Shown here: one piece after another, positions 17,692 to 25,389 of the stretch
How positions within the stretch are numbered: position 1 is the stretch's first letter
Layout: every line of letters begins with the position of its first letter
Origin: Nitrospinales bacterium
GTDB taxonomy: Bacteria; Nitrospinota; Nitrospinia; Nitrospinales; VA-1
NCBI GenBank assembly: GCA_965223345.1
Contig: CBDCWG010000012.1
Coordinates: forward strand, 320,001-384,000
DNA: 64,000 bases
Direction of reading: 5' to 3'
Made by a program: the position numbers and the translations under genes
Notes under the pieces: generated by a model
Database searches by the model: none
What the model was told of the DNA's origin: nothing
The model's input: only the letters and a program-made list of their open reading frames with translations

Positions 17692-19168
17692 CGGAGCGAT
17701 GCAAGAGGAAAAACGCGAGCTCCGCCGGGTTCAGGCACTGCGTGAAAAAGCGGAACGGGGCGACCCGGCTCTCGACTTGAGCTACGAGAGCCTGGGGGAT
17801 GCGGGCGTGGTGCTGCTAGCCCGGACGTTCGACCTTTCGCATGTGCGCACGCTCGATCTGCGCTGGAATGAAATCACCGACACCGGCCTCGCCGCGCTTT
17901 GCCAATGCGCCTCACTTGCGGGATTGACCCGGTTGCGGCTCGACGCCAATCGCATCGGCGACGCGGGCGCGAAGGCGCTGGCGGCCGCTAATTTTCCCCG
18001 GCTCGCCGGGCTGAGCCTCGTTAACAACCGCGTGGGCGACGCTGGCGCGCTGCACCTGATCAAATCGAAATCGCTCACCGCGCTGGAACGGCTGGACCTG
18101 GAACTCAACCGCATCGGCCGGACCCAACTCACTGAGTTTCCCGACGGCGCGGCCAACGCCGCCCTGAAATTTTTAAACCTGCGACGCAACCGGATCGGCG
18201 ATGACACGCTGGCGGACTGGATTCCCACCGGGGCGTTCGCGCCTCTGCGGCAGCTCAACCTGGGCTGGAACCGCATCGGCGATGCAGGCGCGCAACGCCT
18301 GGCGGCGGCGCCGACGCTCAAGGATCTTGAAGAGTTGTATCTCGATTCCAACGCGATCGGCAACGCCGGCGCGCAGGCGCTGGCGTCCTCGCAATGTCTC
18401 GCCGCCCTGTCGCGGCTGAATCTGTTCGACAACGGTTTTTCGCACGCGGGGGAAAGCGCGCTGCTGGACCTGCACGCGCGGGTGCTGCTGCGCAACCATC
18501 TGCACGACGGGGTGCTCACGCTCAACGAATACGGTCTCGGTCACAAAGACATCGAGGCGCTGGTGCGCTCGCAGGCGTTTTCCCAGGTGACCGCACTCGC
18601 CCTGCGCGGCAACGAGCTGGATCACCGCGCGGTCCGGGCACTGGCGGCGGCGGGGCCGCAGCTGGAATCGCTCAACCTGATGGGCAACCCCATCGGCAAC
18701 AAGGGCGCGGTGCTGCTGGCGCAATGCGAAAACTTTGCGGGACTGAAATCCCTGAACCTGGAACAGACCGGCATCAAGGCCGCGGGCTGTTTGGCGCTCG
18801 CCCGGTCGGAACATCTCAAGGGGCTTGAGGTATTGAACCTCAGCGGCAACGAACTCACAGAAAAAGGAGTGCGCCATCTCGCAGCGGCGAAAAATCTTTC
18901 CCGTTTGAAGCGGCTGCGCGCCACGGACGTGGCGATGGGCGACGCGGGATTCGCCTCTCTGGTGCAGTCGCATCATCTAGGCAAACTGCAGGAGCTCACG
19001 GTCAACGGCAACGGCATCCGGCGTGCGGGGATCGATGCGTTCGCCAGCGCCGCGAACCTGGACTCGCTCACGCATCTCGATCTGCGGCGCAACGGCCTGC
19101 GCTCGGAAGACTGCTTTTTCATGGCCGACGCGCCGCGCTTTCAGAAACTGCAAACGTTGCGGTTTTAA
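17684..19168 (+). CDS. Leucine-rich repeat protein (RI/GALA-like, long)
   Basis: Repeated NRIGDAGA and NxIG units. Overlaps the upstream LRR gene; alternative start at 17699. Confidence 0.9.
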   Translation: MTDGAMQEEKRELRRVQALREKAERGDPALDLSYESLGDAGVVLLARTFDLSHVRTLDLRWNEITDTGLAALCQCASLAGLTRLRLDANRIGDAGAKALAAANFPRLAGLSLVNNRVGDAGALHLIKSKSLTALERLDLELNRIGRTQLTEFPDGAANAALKFLNLRRNRIGDDTLADWIPTGAFAPLRQLNLGWNRIGDAGAQRLAAAPTLKDLEELYLDSNAIGNAGAQALASSQCLAALSRLNLFDNGFSHAGESALLDLHARVLLRNHLHDGVLTLNEYGLGHKDIEALVRSQAFSQVTALALRGNELDHRAVRALAAAGPQLESLNLMGNPIGNKGAVLLAQCENFAGLKSLNLEQTGIKAAGCLALARSEHLKGLEVLNLSGNELTEKGVRHLAAAKNLSRLKRLRATDVAMGDAGFASLVQSHHLGKLQELTVNGNGIRRAGIDAFASAANLDSLTHLDLRRNGLRSEDCFFMADAPRFQKLQTLRF

Positions 19169-19233
19169 ATTTAAGAAACGAATCTTGCGCGGAATGGGTC
19201 CCGAGTGTTGGTGAGGGATGAAAGGCGGGCGCG

Positions 19234-19503
19234 TTATTTATCGCTGACGGTGAATCCCTTTTGCGCGAGGCCGTCCCAGCCTTTGGTCTTCATGCAGTAG
19301 TTGAAAATTTCCTGCCACTTCAATGTCCAGGTGATGCCGCCGACGCCGAACCCGCGCGAGGAATCGTCGGCTTTTTCGTTGCAGGCGGCGGTGTCGCGCG
19401 CCAGCCGCCGTTCCTGTTCCACCGTCAGGGCTTTCGGAGCGGGGGCGGACGAACAGTGCGCCAGCAGCAGGGCACAAACCAGGATCAGGAGTTTTTTGGG
19501 CAT
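19234..19503 (-). CDS. Small putative lipoprotein
   Basis: MPKKLLILVCALLLAHC lipobox-like start, GAGGA RBS, and a C-terminal C...CMKTKGW pattern. Confidence 0.75.
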   Translation of the reverse strand: MPKKLLILVCALLLAHCSSAPAPKALTVEQERRLARDTAACNEKADDSSRGFGVGGITWTLKWQEIFNYCMKTKGWDGLAQKGFTVSDK

Positions 19504-19793
19504 GCGGTCCTCGTGAGCCCTTCCCAGCTCCCCTCTGGCAACGGGCCTCTCTCCTCCGGTGTGTCCCCTCATTAAATTTAACACAATTGTCACCCAGGCT
19601 AGACACCGATGTGATGTGCGTCGCTTACTCTGGTTCGGTGAGGCACTGTTTCCGGTCTCCGAAGGCCCGCAGGAATCCGGAGACAAAGGGCACAGGCGCT
19701 TCCACATTAACATAACTAATTGATTTTATTGACTATTTATTGATTCGGCCGCATATCCACAGGGTCCGGGGCGAGCCGGGAGGAGACCGCATC

Positions 19794-20171
19794 GTGAGCA
19801 CAACGATCAAAAAATTTTCCTTCGAAATCATCGTGTCGCTGCTGTTCGTTTTTCTGATCGCCCTCTATGTCGCGTTCCCCCAGGTCGGCAAGGCCGAAGC
19901 GGAGACCGCCGACGTCCTGGCCGAAAGGGTGCTGAAGCTCTACGATGCCGGGAACTACGCGGAAGCGGTGCCGTTGGCCCAAAAAGTCATAAAAATTCGC
20001 GAGACCACCCAGGGGCCGGAACATCCGGATGTGGCCACCGCCCTGCAGACCCTGGCGGGGATCTACCAGGCCGCCGGCGACTACGCACAGGCCGCGCCGC
20101 TGGACCGGCGGGCGCTGACGATCCTGAAAAAACTCGAGGCGTCCGCACTCGAAATCGCCCCCGCTTCCTGA
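19794..20171 (+). CDS. Membrane-anchored TPR protein (kinesin-light-chain-like repeats)
   Basis: GGAGGAG before GTG 19794; N-terminal TM segment; GNYAEAVPLAQ...GPEHPDVATAL. Confidence 0.8.
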   Translation: MSTTIKKFSFEIIVSLLFVFLIALYVAFPQVGKAEAETADVLAERVLKLYDAGNYAEAVPLAQKVIKIRETTQGPEHPDVATALQTLAGIYQAAGDYAQAAPLDRRALTILKKLEASALEIAPAS

Positions 20172-20234
20172 TTGCAGGGCTTTTTCAACGCTTTTCCCAC
20201 CTCCCGTTCTTTCCCGCTGCACACTCAATCCCGG

Positions 20235-20263
20235 TTGACAAGTTTGGCAGGCTGAAATAAATT
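20235..20263 (+). promoter_or_regulatory. Putative sigma70 promoter (TTGACA-17-TAAATT)
   Basis: Perfect -35 and a 17-bp spacer, about 195 bp upstream of the 20458 gene. Confidence 0.5.
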
Positions 20264-20457
20264 AGGTGTATCCCGTTTGTGTGCATGAGGACCTCCACTA
20301 GTTTGCAACAGTTCTTTTAAGGCGTTCCTGGGCCCGACCTTCCAGGGGCCGTTCACAGCCCGACACCATCGTAAGGATGCCATCGTCACCCGGTGCGGGG
20401 CTTTCACCGGTAAAGCTACGGAGCAGAACGCCTATCGACAACCTCTAAAGGGGAAGC

Positions 20458-21030
20458 GTGATGAAAACAACAATGCGTGCTTTTGGCGGCTTGGTTCTGG
20501 CGCTCGTTCTCGTTTTGCTGGGCTGCAACCAGGGCGCGGAACAGAAAAAAGAGGGACCCGTAAAATCCGAGAGCAGTGTCACGGAGGGACAGCCGCCTTC
20601 GGCTCTGGCGGGGATCAAACAGGAAGTGAAAGAGACCACCGAAAAGGTCGTGGAGAAAGTGGAAGAGACGACGGAAAAAGTGGCTGAGAATATCGAGGAA
20701 CAAAAAGACGCGGCGGTGGACATGATCAGCAAGTTGGCGAACAGCGGCGCACTGCTGGTTCCGATCGAAACCGAGGGCGGACCGGAAAACAACGAGGGCG
20801 TTGGCCACTACAAGGAAGGGCACTGGGAGGTTTCCGAAAAGCACTTCCGCAAGGCGCTGGAGGAAAATCCGGAACTGCCCGAAGCGCATTACAACCTGGC
20901 GCTGACGCTGGACAAACTGGACAAGCACATGGAAGCCACCAACCACTTCGAAACCGCCCTGGACCTCGACCCGGACAATCCCAAGATCCGCGATTCGGAG
21001 ATCCTGCAGAACCACGTGGGGGGCAGCTGA
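20458..21030 (+). CDS. TPR-containing lipoprotein
   Basis: Lipobox LLGC, a low-complexity E/K/T linker, and TPRs (FRKALEENPELPEAHYNLA). Confidence 0.85.
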   Translation: MMKTTMRAFGGLVLALVLVLLGCNQGAEQKKEGPVKSESSVTEGQPPSALAGIKQEVKETTEKVVEKVEETTEKVAENIEEQKDAAVDMISKLANSGALLVPIETEGGPENNEGVGHYKEGHWEVSEKHFRKALEENPELPEAHYNLALTLDKLDKHMEATNHFETALDLDPDNPKIRDSEILQNHVGGS

Positions 21031-21055
21031 GCCCGCCCACCGACGGGCGCGCCAT

Positions 21056-21844
21056 TCACAGCGCCGGTTTTTTTCGGGCGATGAACAGGTGATTCTGCAC
21101 CAGAGGACGAAACAACGCCGCCAGCCATTTATCGGCGGCGTTGTAGGTTTTGACGAACGCCGGATGGTTTTTCACCCCCGCAGGCAGACGCGTCAACTCG
21201 TTGCGCGGCAGGAAGGCGTAGGACTGGAGGCACTCCAGATCCAGCCCGGAAGCGGTGCACAGGCGTCGGATCGCCCGGTGCGTGAATTTATAGGGATGCT
21301 GGTGTTTGGAAGGAAAGCAGCGCGCGAGCGTTTCCACCCAACTGAACTTGTTGGGAAAATGAAAGCATAAAAAACGCCCGCCGGGTTTGAGCACGCGGCG
21401 GATCTCCAACAGGCTTTTCCCCTCCTCCCCGCCCTGCTGACGCACGTGCTCCAGCACACCCACCGAAACCACCGCATCGAACGTTTCCCCTGCATAAGGC
21501 AGACTCACCGGGTCTCCGGAGCTTTCCTGATACCGGAACGCCTGTGGGTAACGCGTTGCCAGTGCATCCGCGATGCGGCAGCCTTCGGGGTTGTAGTAAT
21601 CCGATGCGGTCACGTTGAAGCCCTCGACCGTGTGCCCTTCATGCAATAAAAACGCGCTGAAATGCCCGTCGCCGCAGCCCCAGTCCAGCACGCGCGCGCC
21701 TTTGGGGAGCGTTTGCGTGACCCGGTCGTAAACGATCCAGTACTGCGCGGCGGTTGCGGGGTTTTCAAACCGCGCGAGTTCCCATTCGTGCAACTGCGGG
21801 TAGACCTCCTCCATCCAGCGGCGTTCGCGTTCACTCCAGCGCAT
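21056..21844 (-). CDS. Class I SAM-dependent methyltransferase
   Basis: VLDWGCGDG, FDAVVSVGVLEHV and RVLKPGG. Confidence 0.9.
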   Translation of the reverse strand: MRWSERERRWMEEVYPQLHEWELARFENPATAAQYWIVYDRVTQTLPKGARVLDWGCGDGHFSAFLLHEGHTVEGFNVTASDYYNPEGCRIADALATRYPQAFRYQESSGDPVSLPYAGETFDAVVSVGVLEHVRQQGGEEGKSLLEIRRVLKPGGRFLCFHFPNKFSWVETLARCFPSKHQHPYKFTHRAIRRLCTASGLDLECLQSYAFLPRNELTRLPAGVKNHPAFVKTYNAADKWLAALFRPLVQNHLFIARKKPAL

Positions 21845-21869
21845 GCGGCCCCCTTTTCAGGCAAAGGAC

Positions 21870-21905
21870 AAAAAAAAGCCCGCAGGGCGTGAAACCCCGC
21901 GGGCT
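21870..21905 (-). terminator. Rho-independent terminator after the HydB/NuoF-like gene
   Basis: Minus strand reads AGCCCGCGGGG-tttcacg-CCCTGCGGGCT followed by a T-run. Confidence 0.75.
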
Positions 21906-21921
21906 GTAAAATACGCAATGA

Positions 21922-23748
21922 TCAGAGGATCGCCAGGAAATTGCAGGCCTCGTAGCAGGCGTTGCAGTTGATGCACAGATCCATGTCGATGTGGGCGGCG
22001 ACTTTGCGGGTGCCGCCGGTGATGGCGCCGGTGGGACAGGGTTTGATGCAGGCCCCGCAGGCGACGCATTCTTCCTCTTTCACGTAGTAGCGGTACAGGC
22101 CCGTGCATTTGGCGGCGTCGCAGATCTGATCGACGATGTGGCGCTCATATTCCTTGCGGAAATACTTGATGCCGGTCAGCACGCTCTTGACCGCCGTTTC
22201 TCCGAGACCGCACAGGGAGGTCACGTTGATTTCCTCGCACAGGGCCTGGAGCTTGTCGAGGTCCTCCATCTTGCCCCGGCCTTCGGAGATGTCGTCGAGC
22301 TTGTTTTTGATCAGCGAGAGTCCGATGCGGCAGGGCGTGCACTTGCCGCAGGTTTCGCCCTCGTTGAATCCCATGGAAAACTTGGCCAGATCGATCACGC
22401 AGGCGGAATTGTCGTAGGCGGAAAAACTCGCCTGCCCCATGAGCACGCCCGCATCCAGCAGGCTCTCGTAGTCCATGGTGATGTCGGCTTTTTCCGGAGG
22501 CAGGAATCCGCCGGTGACGCCGCCCACGTGGATGACCTTGAGATCCTTCTTTTTCACGATGCCGCCACAGATGTCGTCGATGACCTGGCGGAACGTGAGC
22601 CCCATGTCCAGTTCCATGAGGCCGTTGTACTTGAGGTTGCCGGCGATGGCCCAGGTCTTGACGCCCTTGGCGTTGGGGGTGCCGAATCCGGCGTACCAGT
22701 CCGCGCCCTTGCGCAGGATGGGCGGCACGCTGGCCCAGGTTTCGGCGTTGTTGAGCAACGTCGGCCGGCCCCACAATCCGTTCTCTGTGGAATGCGGCGG
22801 CTGCGCCTTGGGAAAGGGCCGCTTGCCTTCGATGGACTGCATGAGGGCGGTCGATTCCCCGCCGATGAACGCCTCGATGCCTTCATGGATGGAGATGTCG
22901 ATGGAAAAACCGCTGCCCAGGATGTTGTCGCCGAGCAGGTTGCGTTCCTTCGCCTGCTCGATCGCCATGTTGAGCCGTTTGACGGCGATGGCGTAATCGG
23001 CGCGGGTGTAGACGATGCCTTCGGTCGCGCCAATGGCGTAGGCGCCGATGATGAGGCCTTCCAGCATCTGGTGCGGACAGCCTTCCATGACGCTGCGGTC
23101 CATGTAGGAGGCGGGGTTGCCTTCATCGCCGTTGACCAGAATGTAGCGCACGCCGTCGGGCGTGTGCGCCTTGGCGGCTTTCTCCCACTTGTGGCCGGTG
23201 ACGAATCCGCCGCCGCCTTTGCCGCGCAGGCCGGATTTTTTGATCTCTTCGATCACCTCGGCGGGCTTCATGCTTTTGAGGACTTTTTTCAACGCCTCGT
23301 AACCGCCGACCGCGAGGTACTCGTCGATGTTTTCCGGATCGATGGCGCCGCCGAATTCCATGGCCACGCGGTCCTGCTTTTTCAGCTGCTCGTAATAGTC
23401 TTCCTTGGCCGCAGCTTTCTTGAACACCTTGCCGCCGACCACATGATCGTTCAGGATCTTGGAGACCATTTCCGGCTTCACTTTTTCATAGGTCACGCGC
23501 GGCTCGCCGGGGATGTAGACGTCCACCAGGACATCCCGGCTGCAGTAGCCGCGGCAGCCCACCTGCCCCATGTTGCACTGCCGGTCTCCGAGTTCCGCGT
23601 TGGCCTGCATGGCGGCGATCTGTTTCTCGAATTCCGCGTACACTTCCTTGCCGCCCTCGGCCACGCCGCTCAGGCTGAGACAGACGGTGATTTTGACCGT
23701 ACCCTGTTTTTCTGCAGTCGCTTGGGCTTGTTCCTGAACCGCTTCCAT
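21922..23748 (-). CDS. NuoF/HydB-like NAD(P)H-binding flavo-iron-sulfur subunit (N-terminal thioredoxin-like Fe-S domain, C-terminal 2x[4Fe-4S])
   Basis: SGLRGKGGGGF, GDEGNP, LNNAET, ETCGKCTPCR...SLCGLG, CVACGACIKPCP and CINCNACYEAC. Confidence 0.92.
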   Translation of the reverse strand: MEAVQEQAQATAEKQGTVKITVCLSLSGVAEGGKEVYAEFEKQIAAMQANAELGDRQCNMGQVGCRGYCSRDVLVDVYIPGEPRVTYEKVKPEMVSKILNDHVVGGKVFKKAAAKEDYYEQLKKQDRVAMEFGGAIDPENIDEYLAVGGYEALKKVLKSMKPAEVIEEIKKSGLRGKGGGGFVTGHKWEKAAKAHTPDGVRYILVNGDEGNPASYMDRSVMEGCPHQMLEGLIIGAYAIGATEGIVYTRADYAIAVKRLNMAIEQAKERNLLGDNILGSGFSIDISIHEGIEAFIGGESTALMQSIEGKRPFPKAQPPHSTENGLWGRPTLLNNAETWASVPPILRKGADWYAGFGTPNAKGVKTWAIAGNLKYNGLMELDMGLTFRQVIDDICGGIVKKKDLKVIHVGGVTGGFLPPEKADITMDYESLLDAGVLMGQASFSAYDNSACVIDLAKFSMGFNEGETCGKCTPCRIGLSLIKNKLDDISEGRGKMEDLDKLQALCEEINVTSLCGLGETAVKSVLTGIKYFRKEYERHIVDQICDAAKCTGLYRYYVKEEECVACGACIKPCPTGAITGGTRKVAAHIDMDLCINCNACYEACNFLAIL

Positions 23749-24210
23749 GTGAAAAGCTCTCCTAAAAAAAGCCTGGATTTTTTATACGCTCATGCGGATG
23801 CGCACCCACGGGACGGCATCCGCTGCAAACCGTTTGATAACTTACGATTTTAACATCTTTCGACGTCCCCACCTAGACGGAAAATCCCATAGATTCTAGT
23901 CACCGGCCACAAGGTTGTCAAACTTAAGCGACCGGCTGCGGGCCGAATATCCGCGCCGCAATCCGCCTGCGCCGGGCCCTGTCCGGCGGCGGGATCGCGG
24001 TGAATCCCGGAACCTGTTGAGCCTGCGGCGTTTTTTGTCGCGAGCGCGGCTGCGGGTAGGGGCGCACGCCCCGCAACCCACCCGCAGCAAACCCTTGATA
24101 TTATTACATCTATATGCAACCTGCTTTGAGGCCAATCGGGATGCGGGTGCGAGCCGGTTACAATTTCTGCAAAGCGAAATCGGCCCTGCCGGTGTGATTG
24201 CGCTGCCGCC

Positions 24211-25275
24211 TCAAGGCGTCAGCTTGCCGATTTTGTTGTTGAACTGCCCGCGGAAATAGCGGCCGGTTTCGACGAACCAGACGTTGCCTTCGGCATCCAG
24301 GGTCAGGGTGTTGGGATGCGCCTTCGGCGTGGGAATCTTAAATTCCTGCATCCCCTCACTGGTGCCGGGTCTGGCTTTGGCCAGATCCAGAAGGCCGATG
24401 CTGTTGGCGTGGTTGAGCGCCACCCAGATGCGGTTTCGCTCGTCGTCCACCACGAGATCGTGCGTCCCCTTGCGTTTGCCGGGAAGCGGGTACTCCACCA
24501 GTTTTGCGGCACCGTCTGTGAAATCAAGTTTTGTGATCTTGTTGGCGAAAAACTGCGTGAACCAGATGCCGCCGTCTTTCGCCTTCGCCATCGCGTGCGG
24601 CACGGACCGCTCGGGCGGCACGGGGATTTCCTCGATCGCGCCGGTCGCGGGATCCAGCGATGCGATCTTGTTGAAGAACACCTTGGCCCAGAATTTCCCA
24701 CCCTGGGTGTACCAGATCTTTCCGTTGTCGATCACCAGATCGTGCGGATGACCGGGGTTGACCGGGTGTTCCCGGATCGCGCCGGTTGCGGGATCGAGCC
24801 GGGCGATTTTGTCGGTTTCAAACTGGGCGAACCAGATGCCGCCGTCCTCCGCTTCGACGAGATGGTGCGGTTCGCTCCCGGGTGTGGGGATCGGGTACTC
24901 CTTGATGCTTCCGGATTTCGGGTCGAGCCGGCCGATGCGGTTGCCGTGCATCTGGGAAAACCACACCGTGCCGTTTCGGGCAACCAGGATGGCGTTGGGC
25001 TGGCTGTTCTTTTTCGGCAGATCGTATTCGGTGATTCCCTCGGAGGTTCCGGCCTTCACTTTATTGGGATCCAGCCTGCCGATTTTGCCGGCGTTGATCA
25101 TGGTGAACCACAAAATGCCATCGGCATCGAACGCCAGCCCGGCTGGGCTGCTGTCCGCACTGGGCGTGATGTATTCCTCGATGACCGCTGCGTGGACGAG
25201 CTGCGTCTGAATCCAGAAAACGGCGGCGGCGAACCGCAGCCCGTGACGGAAGAAAGTCGAATTGTGTGCTGCCAT
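24211..25275 (-). CDS. Secreted virginiamycin B lyase (Vgb)-like beta-propeller protein
   Basis: Signal peptide; repeated P..I....DG.IWF.....NKI.RLDP..G.I.EY blades. Confidence 0.85.
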   Translation of the reverse strand: MAAHNSTFFRHGLRFAAAVFWIQTQLVHAAVIEEYITPSADSSPAGLAFDADGILWFTMINAGKIGRLDPNKVKAGTSEGITEYDLPKKNSQPNAILVARNGTVWFSQMHGNRIGRLDPKSGSIKEYPIPTPGSEPHHLVEAEDGGIWFAQFETDKIARLDPATGAIREHPVNPGHPHDLVIDNGKIWYTQGGKFWAKVFFNKIASLDPATGAIEEIPVPPERSVPHAMAKAKDGGIWFTQFFANKITKLDFTDGAAKLVEYPLPGKRKGTHDLVVDDERNRIWVALNHANSIGLLDLAKARPGTSEGMQEFKIPTPKAHPNTLTLDAEGNVWFVETGRYFRGQFNNKIGKLTP

Positions 25276-25389
25276 GGCGAATTCCTCCTGCAGGAAGAAG
25301 TTTGAGGTTGATTGCGGTATGGCTTAAATATAAACTCTTACCTCAATGTCACAACCCCGATTTTTCAACTCCCTTCCGGTCCACACTCT

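Noticed and set aside
17026..19168. Recurring AACCGCATCGGCGACGC as a possible CRISPR or DGR repeat
   Set aside because: The repeats are in-frame codons of LRR units with roughly 84-nt period. No cas genes or reverse transcriptase are present.
21991..23853. Long antisense ORFs (620 aa here; also 44731-46743, 48222-50069, 53944-55719, 14105-15874, 31229-32869)
   Set aside because: Shadow ORFs opposite well-supported genes, expected from high GC3 codon bias. No recognisable motifs.
23940..24030. Faint resemblance to a c-di-AMP (ydaO) riboswitch
   Set aside because: Only scattered short matches, and it lies on the strand opposite the flanking genes.
24211..25275. Streptogramin resistance gene vgb
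   Set aside because: Fold-level similarity only. The signal peptide and chromosomal context argue against a resistance call.
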